The notes: generated by a model from the letters alone, not told the origin. DNA of 64,000 nt from Candidatus Aldehydirespiratoraceae bacterium (GCA_965198315.1 OZ240616.1:391096-455095); one strand, 5' to 3'; positions 47,395 to 56,883 are shown, counted from the first letter of the stretch. Translations and numbers: made by a program.

Positions 47395-49171
47395 ACTGCC
47401 TCAGGTGACAGACCACTTGACGGTGGCGGCGGTGCAGTTCGCCACGGGCAGCGATCTCGAGGAGAACCTCGACACCTGCCTACGAATGCTCGATGCGACC
47501 GCCGCGCAGGGGGCTGATCTGGTGGTGTTTCCGGAGTTCTGCAACCACATCTCGGTCTACGACGATGCCGCGCACTGCCGGGCTGTTGCCGTAGCACTGG
47601 ATGGTCCCTGGATGCGGGCTTTTGCTCGGCGGGTTGCTGAGCACGGGATTTATGCCGCAATGGCTGTGACGATCCCCCGAGCTGACGGGCGGGTGACCGT
47701 GACCGGCCTGCTGTTCGACCCCGACGGGGAACTGCTGGCCACCGCGGACAAACAGATGCTCATGGGGAATGAAAGGTCCTTCCTTAGTACCGGTTCCGGG
47801 GCGAACCCGGTGGCCGATACTCGCTTCGGCCCCGTCGGCCTGTATTCCTGCATGGACGGCGTGACCTTCGAGATACCCCGCACGTTGGCGGTGCGCGGTG
47901 CTCGGTTGTTGCTCAACAACCTCAACTCGTTCGCCCGTGACGAGGCGGCGCTGCATATTCCGGTGCGAGCCGCCGAGAACGGCGTGTTCGTGGTGGCTGC
48001 CAACAAGGTCGGTCCTTTGTTGCCCCCTGACCGCGTGGACGCTTTCAGCGAGGCGCTGGGCGTGGGTGCCGAGACCTTGAACGGCGCCGGTGAAAGCCAG
48101 ATCGTGGGTCCCGACGGCACCGTGTTGGCTATCGGCCCCCTAACCGGCGAGGCGGTGGTCATCGCCGAGGTTGACCTGTCCGAGGCCGACCCGACCCGGC
48201 TGGTGGGCCGACGGCCCGGTGTGTACGCCCCGCTGGCGCAAGCCCCTACGGCACGACCGGCAACCGGTTTGGCCGCTGAGGTGGTCGTTGCCTGCGTGCC
48301 TGGAAGCCAAGCGAAACCAGAACTACTCGACGAGACCTTCGCTTCTTCGGCGGCGCTGGTGATCTTGCCGGAGCTGACACCGGTGCCCGCCACCATTCCC
48401 GAGGGCGTCTTGGTGGTGACCACAGCCCTGCGAGAAGACCGAGACGGGCACGGTCAACACGAACACGGTCAACACGGCGACGGTCAACACAGGGACCAGA
48501 TTTGGTCGTCGCAAGCCCTACAAACAAATCGAGACAGCGACCGTCAACCCGGCGACAGTGAACACAGTCACGGTCAACACGGTGACACTCAACACGGCGA
48601 CACTCAACACAGCCACATTCAACACAGGGGCCAGGTTTGGTCGGCGCAAGGCTTGGTCCACGAACAACCGCAGATCCACCGCAGTGATCGCTACCCGCAA
48701 GTCACCGACTTGGGCAGTGGCGTGGACTTGTATCGAACGCCGTTCGGTGATCTGGCCGTCTTGGTAGCCGACGACCACCGCTACCCCGAAGCCGTGCGAC
48801 TAGCAGCAGTGGCCGGCGCCCACATCGTTGTGGTGTGTTGGCAGCCTGAACACCCCTGGGAGTGGGATCTGGCTCTGGTGGAGCGTGCAGCCGAGAACCG
48901 AGTCAGCCTCGCTGCGTGCGCGCCGATGGGTTCAGCCGGCGCTGCGATAATGCTCGACCCACCGGCCGATTCGCTCTGGAATCCTCAGCGGTCAAGCGCC
49001 TATGACGGCACCATCAACACTCCAACAACCATTCGGGCCAAGCCGGATCAAGGGCTGCTTATTGCGACCTTGCACCCAGGCCGAGCCCTCCACCGGGAGG
49101 TCTCAAAAGACACCGATCTCGTGGGTGGCCGACCGTGGCAGGCCTCGCAGATACTCAACGCGGTGCCCTAG
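47387..49171 (+). CDS. tandem carbon-nitrogen hydrolase (nitrilase-superfamily) protein with His/Gln/Gly-rich insertion
   Basis: First domain has VAAVQF...VVFPEF (catalytic Glu) and GLYSCMD (Cys). The second domain looks degenerate (LPEL; LVADDHRYPE lacks the Cys). Start is GTG 47387, or GTG 47405 / TTG 47417. Confidence 0.8.
   Translation: MAELPQVTDHLTVAAVQFATGSDLEENLDTCLRMLDATAAQGADLVVFPEFCNHISVYDDAAHCRAVAVALDGPWMRAFARRVAEHGIYAAMAVTIPRADGRVTVTGLLFDPDGELLATADKQMLMGNERSFLSTGSGANPVADTRFGPVGLYSCMDGVTFEIPRTLAVRGARLLLNNLNSFARDEAALHIPVRAAENGVFVVAANKVGPLLPPDRVDAFSEALGVGAETLNGAGESQIVGPDGTVLAIGPLTGEAVVIAEVDLSEADPTRLVGRRPGVYAPLAQAPTARPATGLAAEVVVACVPGSQAKPELLDETFASSAALVILPELTPVPATIPEGVLVVTTALREDRDGHGQHEHGQHGDGQHRDQIWSSQALQTNRDSDRQPGDSEHSHGQHGDTQHGDTQHSHIQHRGQVWSAQGLVHEQPQIHRSDRYPQVTDLGSGVDLYRTPFGDLAVLVADDHRYPEAVRLAAVAGAHIVVVCWQPEHPWEWDLALVERAAENRVSLAACAPMGSAGAAIMLDPPADSLWNPQRSSAYDGTINTPTTIRAKPDQGLLIATLHPGRALHREVSKDTDLVGGRPWQASQILNAVP
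48441..48655. repeat. in-frame tandem repeats encoding (H-G-Q-H / G-D-x-Q-H)n inside the CN-hydrolase gene
   Basis: cacggtcaacac units recur. Two larger modules each end in cagggRccagRtttggtcgKcgcaagSc (RDQIWSSQAL / RGQVWSAQGL). Confidence 0.9.
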
Positions 49172-49970
49172 CAAGAACCGCTCGGGCTTGACGCACGACT
49201 GCGGTGTCCACGAACTTGCCGTCCACGATCAGTGCTGCACGGCCCTCGGCAGCCGCTGCTTCGTAGGCGGCCACGATTTTCTCAGCTTGAGCTATGGCAT
49301 TGGTTGAGGGGGTGAAGGCTGCGTTGACTGCCTCCACTTGCTTGGGGTGGATAACCGAGCGACCGCCAAAGCCGTGGCGGCGCAGCGATTCGCTGGAGGC
49401 GACTAGCGCTTCGTCGTCGTCAAGGTCGGTGGGTACGGGTCCGCACGGGGACTCAAGCCCAGAACCGACCGATGCGACCACCACGCGGGTGCGGATCGGC
49501 CACATTTCGAGGGCGTCGGCGGACGGTTCCATACACATGTCTGCAGCGAGGTCTGCTTCGCCCAAGGCCAGGCGCACCACCGCGGGCATCGCCGCGATCT
49601 CGTAGATGTCGGCCACGCCGACAGCCGACTCGATGAGGGCCATCACGGGGCTGCCCGCGAAGTCGACGGCGCAAACCGCGGTATCGGCTTTGGGCACGAC
49701 CACACCCGCGAATTCCACTCCGTCGGCGACCAAGGAACGCACCATCGCAGCATCGTCGTCGAGCAAGTCGGGGCGGCTGTTGACCCGCACCCAGGCGGCT
49801 GCCCCGGAGTTGGCTCGCAGCCAGTCCGCGACTGCGTCTCGGGCGGTTGCCTTGGCTGTTTCGGCAACCGCGTCTTCGAGATCGCAGATGATGGCGTCAG
49901 CTCCCGAACCGAGCGCCTTGTCGAAGCGGTCGGAGCGGTCACCCGGGACGTAGAGAGTGGTGCGGGTCAT
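49155..49970 (-). CDS. HpcH/HpaI aldolase / citrate-lyase beta-subunit-like (CitE) acyl-CoA lyase
   Basis: LYVPGDRSDRFDKALGSGADAIICDLEDAV N-terminal motif. Confidence 0.85.
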   Translation of the reverse strand: MTRTTLYVPGDRSDRFDKALGSGADAIICDLEDAVAETAKATARDAVADWLRANSGAAAWVRVNSRPDLLDDDAAMVRSLVADGVEFAGVVVPKADTAVCAVDFAGSPVMALIESAVGVADIYEIAAMPAVVRLALGEADLAADMCMEPSADALEMWPIRTRVVVASVGSGLESPCGPVPTDLDDDEALVASSESLRRHGFGGRSVIHPKQVEAVNAAFTPSTNAIAQAEKIVAAYEAAAAEGRAALIVDGKFVDTAVVRQARAVLARAPR

Positions 49971-50104
49971 TGTCGTGGCAGTTCCCTGATGTTGTTGGCA
50001 GTGTGGTTTGTTGACACTCGTCGCTGCTCAGCCCTACTGTCAGGCCGAATGAAACGTTGTTCCGCTTAACGGAACAACTTTCCTCTGACGATACCGGAGT
50101 ACCT

Positions 50105-50917
50105 ATGCGCGAGACGTTGAAGGGCGTCCAAGACATCTTCGACGAGCGAGGTCCGACAGATGCTACGGCAACGTTCAACCGCCTGTGGTCCATCACCGGT
50201 GAACTCATGGCCAAGATCGAAGCCCGGTTCGAGTTGACCCGAGACCCGAGCACCGACGATTTGGAGTCCTACCGAGGCGAAACTGAGCACCCCTCAGGAC
50301 GGCTTGCCGCCTATGCCGGACCCGAAATCGACTGGCTGGTCCACTCCTGGATCGGCAACCCGCCGCTGGGCTTCACCAACATGCACGTAACCGCCTGGCT
50401 CGGCCCGCAAATAAACGTTCCCCATCTCGGTATCGCCTGGGGAACCCTGCCCGACCTGTGGTTCTACATCGACTTCAATGCCCGTTCCGATCTCATGCTC
50501 GACACCGAAGCGCTGGACAAATACTTCGAACCGCTCAACGAAGAGTTCTTGGAGTTGCGCGCCGATGAGGGGCTGGCACCGTTCACCTCCAGGGCTTTGT
50601 ATATCCGCCAAGCGCTGAGCGACGTGGCCATCTGTTTCACCACCCCCAACCGCACCCACGACAAAGCACGGCTTGACCAGGTGAGCGAACTGGCCCATCG
50701 GCGGGTCGACCAATGGCTGCGCTGGGTTGATGAAGCCGAACCGGTGCCGCAAGCACGTCGCGAAAAACTTACCGCAGACGATCTGGCCCGGCGACGCAAC
50801 ATCGCCGAACGAGACCCCGCGAACGTGATGGCGGAACGGTTCTTCGGTCAGGAGATGACCGATCGCCTGGTTCGAGCTCTCTGGGGTGGCGACCGGCTAC
50901 TGCTGAGACCCAGTTAG
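50105..50917 (+). CDS. red-chlorophyll-catabolite-reductase-like (FDBR/RCCR family) protein 1
   Basis: ggag RBS before ATG 50105. Segments IDWLVHSWIG, VPHLGIAWG...YIDFNARSDLMLDTEALDKYFE, APFTSRALYIRQALS and ERFFGQEMTDRLVRAL line up with the Arabidopsis RCCR (ACD2) segments IDFVIGSWI, APNFVVEL...LDLPHRKDLVLNPDYLKEYYQ, NPYVSPSLFVRSAFS and PRMFGEEVSSRVVHAI as I remember them. Confidence 0.65.
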   Translation: MRETLKGVQDIFDERGPTDATATFNRLWSITGELMAKIEARFELTRDPSTDDLESYRGETEHPSGRLAAYAGPEIDWLVHSWIGNPPLGFTNMHVTAWLGPQINVPHLGIAWGTLPDLWFYIDFNARSDLMLDTEALDKYFEPLNEEFLELRADEGLAPFTSRALYIRQALSDVAICFTTPNRTHDKARLDQVSELAHRRVDQWLRWVDEAEPVPQARREKLTADDLARRRNIAERDPANVMAERFFGQEMTDRLVRALWGGDRLLLRPS

Positions 50918-50927
50918 GACGTATCGA

Positions 50928-52118
50928 ATGTTCATCAAGAACCACTGGTATGCAGTCGAGTTCGGTGCCGATGTCGTCGGCGAGCCTGTACTGGCCCGGG
51001 TACATGGCCACGACCTGGTGCTGTGGCGCAGTCCCGACGGCACCGTCAACGCCCAATCCGACCTGTGCGTCCACCGTGGCGGTTCACTTGCCGGAGGCAA
51101 GGTGGTGGGCAACTGCGTGCGGTGCCCTTACCACGGGTGGCGCTACGACACCGGCGGTGCGTGTGTGGAGATCCCCGCAAATCGGCAAGGTCTGCCCATC
51201 CCCAAAAAGGCCCGGATCGACACCTATCCCTGTATCGAGCGCTACGGGTTCGTATGGGTGTTCCTGGGCGACCTGCCTACAGAGCAGCGACCTCCGGTGC
51301 CTGTACTCGACGGCCTCGAAGAACACACCGAAGCCAAAGCCGAGGGTTACCGCGCCATATTCGGCGAGTTCACCTGGAACGCCAACTACGACCGGGTGTT
51401 GGAGAACGCAGTCGACATCGCCCACACCCCGTTCGTGCACTCCGGATCGTTCGGCAACGCTGAGCAACCTGAAATCGGTGACTTTGAACTCGAAGAGGAC
51501 CACCACGACGGCTATTTGACTTCGGTGACGGCCACGGTCGACCTTGAGCCACCACGCCCATCAGGGCTGTGGAAGTTCATCTCCAAGAAAGACCGCCCCC
51601 CGGTCAGCACAACTACCGGGTTCTATCCCCCCAATGTGTCGCTCTTGATCGTGCGCCTGCCAATGGGCGAGATTCGCATCTTCACCGCGGCGGTCCCCCG
51701 AGATGAGCACCTCACCGTCTCGAAGTTCGCCATGTTGCGCACGTTCTTCACAGGCGGTTGGGCCGACAAGAACTCCATGCAACGCACAATCAAGATTTTT
51801 CTGGAGGACCAGCCCACCGTGGAGGGGCAGCGGCCCGAGTTGTTGCCGTTCGATTTGTCGGCCGAACTGCATGTCAAGTCCGATTCGATCCAGTTGGCCT
51901 ACCGTCGCTGGCGCCAAGAGCAGCTCGACAAAGGCTGGGGACTTGAAGTGCTCTCGGACGAATCGGCCATGCGGGCCGCTGCGGTGATTCCCTCACCGGC
52001 ACGATCGGGCGATCCAGAACTGGCTAACGCCTGGGTGTTCCCCACCGTCACTGAGGCTGTAGCGCAACGGCCTGTCGGCGAGACCGCGCAACGGTCCGTC
52101 GGCGAGGCCGAGCGATGA
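50928..52118 (+). CDS. Rieske [2Fe-2S] non-heme-iron oxygenase, PaO/VanA-type single-component alpha subunit
   Basis: CVHRGGSL...CPYHGW Rieske ligands and ENAVDIAHTPFVH mononuclear-iron motif. The C-terminal FLEDQPTVEGQ and SDSIQLAYRRW resemble the PaO/Tic55/VanA lineage. Confidence 0.85.
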   Translation: MFIKNHWYAVEFGADVVGEPVLARVHGHDLVLWRSPDGTVNAQSDLCVHRGGSLAGGKVVGNCVRCPYHGWRYDTGGACVEIPANRQGLPIPKKARIDTYPCIERYGFVWVFLGDLPTEQRPPVPVLDGLEEHTEAKAEGYRAIFGEFTWNANYDRVLENAVDIAHTPFVHSGSFGNAEQPEIGDFELEEDHHDGYLTSVTATVDLEPPRPSGLWKFISKKDRPPVSTTTGFYPPNVSLLIVRLPMGEIRIFTAAVPRDEHLTVSKFAMLRTFFTGGWADKNSMQRTIKIFLEDQPTVEGQRPELLPFDLSAELHVKSDSIQLAYRRWRQEQLDKGWGLEVLSDESAMRAAAVIPSPARSGDPELANAWVFPTVTEAVAQRPVGETAQRSVGEAER

Positions 52119-52834
52119 GCCTGTCGGCTGATCTGTGCCTTGGGGCTGTCGAGGCGATTGAGGCTCGCTTGGGGTTGGCGGAGACCGTGAACACACCGCT
52201 GGTTTCGGCGCTGGACGGTTCGCCGGTTGGTGCCCACCGGGTGTTGGCGCGTGACGGGCTGGCCGCGTTGGTGTACGTGGGTATGACTGTGGAGGCATTC
52301 GGACTCGACAGCCACATGTGTTTCGCGTTCACGGATGCTCACAGTCCGGTCCCTCATTTCACAGTGGATTCGGTGTTGGCCGGTCCCCACTATGCGTTCC
52401 ACCTTGATCTGATCCCCCGCCTGGACCCGGGTGCGAACCTGGCCTACATCGACCATTGCTACGGCCCGCTCACCGAAACCCATGACACGGTCGTGGAGAT
52501 GGAGGGGCTGACACCCGCACATTTGTCACCGCGGCAATGGCAGTTGATGTCGGCCTGGATGCTGGCCCATCGCGCCGACGAAGACGGATTTCGGGGGGTG
52601 TTCGATGCGGTGTCCGCATATCGCGACCACTGGCTCAAGTTGGTGGTCGAGGGTGTGCCTGACGATGCCCTCGGTGGCGCGACCCCAGACGATCTGGATC
52701 GGCGTGACTTCCGCAACCGCGAGGCAATCTTCAGCCCCGAGGTGGACCCCGTCTGGGCTCGGGTCGACCAACTGCTCGGCCCAGAAACCAGCGCCAATAT
52801 CCAAACCAGTCTCAAAACCGCAGCACGCAGCTAG
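52115..52834 (+). CDS. red-chlorophyll-catabolite-reductase-like (FDBR/RCCR family) protein 2
   Basis: The ATGA overlaps the oxygenase gene. SPVPHFTVDSVL....FHLDLIPRLDPGANLAYIDHCY parallels RCCR APNFVVELI....LILDLPHRKDLVLNPDYLKEYY. The C-terminal DLDRRDFRNREAIF...VWARVDQLLG parallels ELERRDKSFRRKSI...FPRMFGEE. Confidence 0.6.
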   Translation: MSLSADLCLGAVEAIEARLGLAETVNTPLVSALDGSPVGAHRVLARDGLAALVYVGMTVEAFGLDSHMCFAFTDAHSPVPHFTVDSVLAGPHYAFHLDLIPRLDPGANLAYIDHCYGPLTETHDTVVEMEGLTPAHLSPRQWQLMSAWMLAHRADEDGFRGVFDAVSAYRDHWLKLVVEGVPDDALGGATPDDLDRRDFRNREAIFSPEVDPVWARVDQLLGPETSANIQTSLKTAARS

Positions 52835-52861
52835 AACAAGCACCGAGAACGGAGATCACCT

Positions 52862-53800
52862 ATGAGCGAAACCGAAGCCTCCGAGTGGCAGCAGCGCATC
52901 ACCGGTGAATGGTACGGCCTGCCGTCGGTTTTCGATGCCGACGGAAGCCACACAGGGTTCAACAAGGTCAGTCGGGCCAGCGTGTTCGCCGACGGCAAGG
53001 TCACCTATTGGATGCAGTGCAACTTCATGAACACCGGACCGTTGCGCAACCGCTTCGAGATCCGCGATTTCGAGTTCGGCGTGGACGATCAGGGCAACGA
53101 CCGCATCTATCATGGCCCCGACTTCTACGGGGCAGGCCACCCCTACGGTTCGCTGGTGGATTCGCACTATTACGCACCGGGTTGGCGGGCCGATCTCAAC
53201 ACCATGAACCAGATCCTCCCCGACGGAGTGACTCAGGTGTACTCGTCTCTGCTGTATGAAGGACCGACCATCTTTGCGGTGTTCAACGGGGTGTATCTCA
53301 ACGCCCACGACTACGACACCAATGCCGACACCAAAGAATGGATCGACACCCACATCGAGGCCGAACGCGAGCTGGCCTCATGGCCCCACACCGTGCCCGA
53401 CCGGATCGGCGGTGAATGGACCGGGCAATGCGAGGTGTTCGGGGCCGATCAACAACGTCGGGGCACAGTGGATGTGCGCTTGCGCAACGACCCCATCGAC
53501 TTGGTGTGCGCCAACTGCACTCTGGACATGTCCGGGACCATCGACCGGTCTCTGAGCTACATCCGCACCCGCTCTGGTGGCAACCGTTACACCTACGACG
53601 GCCCCGATTTCTGGGGCAACGCCATCGCTTACGGTCGGGCGCTGTACACGACCCAGCATCATGCGAGCGAGGCGTTCAAGATCAAAGGGCGGGAGTTCAT
53701 CCTTGACCGCAACTACACGCTGGCTGTGGCCTGGAAGCTCTACTCCGGCGACCGCATGACCGACATCGTGTTCGGCCCCCTCAACTGGTCATCCGACTAA
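52862..53800 (+). CDS. two-module GxWxG beta-barrel-like protein (DUF3598/nitrobindin/lipocalin-like, tentative)
   Basis: Two internal modules each open with the signature ITGEWYGLPSVFDADG / IGGEWTGQCEVFGADQ. 27 nt after RCCR-like 2. Confidence 0.55.
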   Translation: MSETEASEWQQRITGEWYGLPSVFDADGSHTGFNKVSRASVFADGKVTYWMQCNFMNTGPLRNRFEIRDFEFGVDDQGNDRIYHGPDFYGAGHPYGSLVDSHYYAPGWRADLNTMNQILPDGVTQVYSSLLYEGPTIFAVFNGVYLNAHDYDTNADTKEWIDTHIEAERELASWPHTVPDRIGGEWTGQCEVFGADQQRRGTVDVRLRNDPIDLVCANCTLDMSGTIDRSLSYIRTRSGGNRYTYDGPDFWGNAIAYGRALYTTQHHASEAFKIKGREFILDRNYTLAVAWKLYSGDRMTDIVFGPLNWSSD

Positions 53801-53879
53801 CGCGCCAACGGGGTGTTGCCGGTTGGGTTCAACCGATGGCCACCTCTACCAAGGGCCCGAGCGAATAGGTGGTTGTCCA

Positions 53880-54247
53880 GGTCTCCTCTGGTTGAGCCGC
53901 TGACGAACCACCGGGAACCATCATCGGTCCTACCCAACCAAGCAGGACTCAAACCACCGAGAACCATCATCGGTCTGCTCTGGTTGAGCCGCTGACGAAC
54001 CACCGGGAACCATCATCGGTCCTACCCAACCAAGCAGGACTCAAACCACCGAGAACCATCATCGGTCTCCTCTGGCTGGGCCACTGACAAACCACCCGGA
54101 ACCATCATCGGTCCTACCCAACCAAGCAGGACTCAAACCACCGAGAACCATCATCGGTCTCCTCCGGCTGGGCCACTGACAAACCACCCGGAACCACCAT
54201 CGGTCCTACCCAACCAAGCAGGACTCAAACCACCGAGAACCATCATC
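53880..54247. repeat. 4 x 92-bp tandem repeat (each unit is two 46-bp half-units)
   Basis: Units start at 53880, 53972, 54064 and 54156. Each half-unit ends in aaccaccgRgaaccatcatc. The period is not a multiple of 3. The array lies downstream of the DUF222-HNH gene. Confidence 0.95.
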
Positions 54248-54339
54248 GACCCCTCCCGACCGACCCGCCGCCTCACCGCGGCCGCGCCAGTCGACGTGCC
54301 TCAACCTCTCCTCTTTTGCTAGATGGCTGGGTGTCACGG

Positions 54340-55503
54340 TTAGGGGCCGTTTGGGGGGTTGTTGGGGTTGATGATTTTGTAGCCGGTGTTGGTTTTGATG
54401 ACGATGTAGCCGCGGTCGTGGATGTTGTGGTGGCAGTGTGGGCAGGCGAGACACATTTTGTCGATGTCGGTTAGTCCGCCGTCTTCCCAAGGCACGATGT
54501 GATGGATTTCGCAGCGTTCAGGACCTGCGGTGCAGTCTTTGCCTGTGCAGTGCCGGTCGCGGGCGATGATGGCTTTGATTTGGGCTTCGGTGGGGAGCCT
54601 ACGGTCGCGTCCCACCCAAATGGGTTGGCCTTTGCCGTCAAACACAACGCCGGTCACTGTGGCCATGCACATCAAGCGTTCCAGCACTGTTTGGGGTAAG
54701 GCTTCACCACCGACGATCTCAGCGACACAGGTGGGGTTGTCGCCTCGTAGACGTTCAACGTCGGCTACTGCGATCAGTTGCATCCTTGTGCTGCCCGGCC
54801 CGCAACGGCCCACATCGGTCAACAACGCCACGAACGCGTCGGCTAAGCGTTGTGGTGTTGTGCGAACATCGTCGGGGGTGCCGTCGCGGCCGCCGTCGTC
54901 ACGCCACATGCGGTCGTATTCAACATTGATTGCTTTGACCGCTTGTTGATAGCTAGTCGGATCGAGTTCTGCTAACAGCACACCCATACCTTCTTCGTTC
55001 ACCCAATGCTTGAACAACCGGTTGCGGCGTTGCTGTTGATACAACTCGGCGCCGTCGTCGGGTTGGTTGCGGTTCACCCACCGCCGCGACTGTTCAGCGA
55101 ACGCATCAACAGACGATGTCTCAGCAAGCTTCGACAACTCGTCGTCTACTTGCCCAGACGAAGTCTTGGCCGCAGCCCCAACCGCCACCGCGGCGTGTTC
55201 GACAGTGATGGCACCACTAGCCAACGCTTCGGCCAGCTTCGGCATCTCCGCGAGTCCAGCAGCAGTCTTCGCGACCGAATTAGCGGCACGAGTGGACATG
55301 CGCCCCGCCTCACGCAGCACCGTCTTGGAGTTCACACCACCATCATCAAGACCCTCGATCTCGGTTGCGCAGCGTGTCTGCAACGCACCCAACGCGGCGA
55401 TCACCCGCCCAGCACCCGCAACCAGACCCTCCAACTCGCCGCGGCACAGCCCAGAAACCACCACCCCCCGGGTCTGTTTGATCATCGAATCGAACATGAC
55501 CAC
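54340..55503 (-). CDS. DUF222 + HNH endonuclease protein (REP13E12-type actinobacterial repeat gene)
   Basis: N-terminal DUF222-like helical region. C-terminal ARDRHCTGKDC....CEIHHIVPWEDGG.TD..N....C..CH..IH HNH motif. Confidence 0.85.
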   Translation of the reverse strand: MVMFDSMIKQTRGVVVSGLCRGELEGLVAGAGRVIAALGALQTRCATEIEGLDDGGVNSKTVLREAGRMSTRAANSVAKTAAGLAEMPKLAEALASGAITVEHAAVAVGAAAKTSSGQVDDELSKLAETSSVDAFAEQSRRWVNRNQPDDGAELYQQQRRNRLFKHWVNEEGMGVLLAELDPTSYQQAVKAINVEYDRMWRDDGGRDGTPDDVRTTPQRLADAFVALLTDVGRCGPGSTRMQLIAVADVERLRGDNPTCVAEIVGGEALPQTVLERLMCMATVTGVVFDGKGQPIWVGRDRRLPTEAQIKAIIARDRHCTGKDCTAGPERCEIHHIVPWEDGGLTDIDKMCLACPHCHHNIHDRGYIVIKTNTGYKIINPNNPPNGP

Positions 55504-55800
55504 AACCTAGCCAAAGGGTGTGACACTACATGAAAATAGAGATCCACGATGGCTACGGTTGTGGCTACGGATCACCAATGGGTGACCGCGCACTTACACC
55601 GTCAGGGCCCGTTGGGAATCACAGAAATCTCGAGTGGTTGATGTGGATCTGGGCTCGTGGAATCCGCGTATCCGAGAACGCCGCCAAGCTGGAAGCGCTC
55701 GGCTCAGGATCCCCACGTCCCAAACAACCACACGACAGAACCTCGGCATGAATCACACAAAAAACAGTCTCTGATTCACCCTGGGACGTTCCTATAGATG

Positions 55801-56883
55801 TCAAGTGCGGGTTTTGAGGGTGGCGAGGTCGGCTCGCAGTGTGCGGTAGATCTCTCGTGCGAGGTAGCGCTTGAGGCAGCGGATGGCTTCTTTCTTGGTT
55901 TTGCCTTCGGCGACGCGGCGGTCGAGGTAGCTGCGGGTTCGGTCGCAGTAGCGGAGCCGGACGATGACGATCATGTGCAGTGCCCGGTTGGCGGCGCGGT
56001 TGCCGGCGAAGTTGAGCCGGTGGCGGCTGGTGCGCCCGCTGGATGCGGGCACCGGAGCGGTTGCGCACAGGTGGGCGAAGGACGCTTCGGAGCCGAGCCG
56101 GTCGATGTTCTCGCCGGCTGCGACGAGCAGCGCCGCGGTGTGGTGGGTGCCGCATCCCAGACGCGACACTGTCGTGGGCGCTGCGGCGGCGACGAGCCGG
56201 TCGAGTTCGCGTTCGAGTTCGTCGGCTTCGGCGCCGAGCCGGGCGATGCGGCGCCCCAGGCTGCGCAGTGCTGCTTTGGCGGCCTGGGCGGGATCGGCGA
56301 GCCGGGCGGGGTCGGGCCGCAGCCGGGCGCACACCGCGGCTTTGCCCTCGAGGGTGCGGCGGGTGTCGAGCTGTTCGCGCAGCGCGGCGGGGGCGGTGAC
56401 GAGCAGGTCGCCGAGCTGGCACAGCGCAGCGGAGCGGGCTTTGACAGCGCTGCTGCGGACGACGCTGAGCTGGCGGATCGACTCGACCACGCCGGTCGTG
56501 TCCTTGGCGGCTGCGGTCGCTTCGCCCGAGAGCACCTTGCGGGCGGCGGCCTCGGCGTCGATGGCGTCGTTCTTGCCGCGGCGCGAACGCAGATGCGCGT
56601 GCGGCTGGTTGACCTCGATCACCCGGCAGCCCTGCTCGGTCAGCGACCGGGCCAGGGCAGCTCCGTAGGACCCGGTCGATTCCACGCCGACCGCGGCGAT
56701 CGGGCCGAACGACAAGAGCCATTCATGAGTCGAGCGGTAGCCAGCGCCGGTCGCGGGGAACGACTCAGTGCCCAGCACCCGACCCAAGGGGTCGAGCGCG
56801 GCGGCTACGTGGAAGTCGGTGTGGCAGTCAATCCCGCCGATCACCGCCTGTGGTGGTGGTTCTGGCATCATGTTGTCCTTCAT
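55801..56883 (-). CDS. IS110-family transposase
   Basis: IGGIDCHTDFHVAA (DEDD N-terminal domain), VGVESTGSYG, NDAIDAEAAA and C-terminal LKRYLAREIY. ATG 56883 chosen. Confidence 0.9.
   Translation of the reverse strand: MKDNMMPEPPPQAVIGGIDCHTDFHVAAALDPLGRVLGTESFPATGAGYRSTHEWLLSFGPIAAVGVESTGSYGAALARSLTEQGCRVIEVNQPHAHLRSRRGKNDAIDAEAAARKVLSGEATAAAKDTTGVVESIRQLSVVRSSAVKARSAALCQLGDLLVTAPAALREQLDTRRTLEGKAAVCARLRPDPARLADPAQAAKAALRSLGRRIARLGAEADELERELDRLVAAAAPTTVSRLGCGTHHTAALLVAAGENIDRLGSEASFAHLCATAPVPASSGRTSRHRLNFAGNRAANRALHMIVIVRLRYCDRTRSYLDRRVAEGKTKKEAIRCLKRYLAREIYRTLRADLATLKTRT

Noticed and set aside
53880-54247. Possible CRISPR array
   Set aside because: The 'spacers' are just two alternating sequences repeated four times, not unique spacers. 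No cas genes are nearby. This is a tandem repeat.
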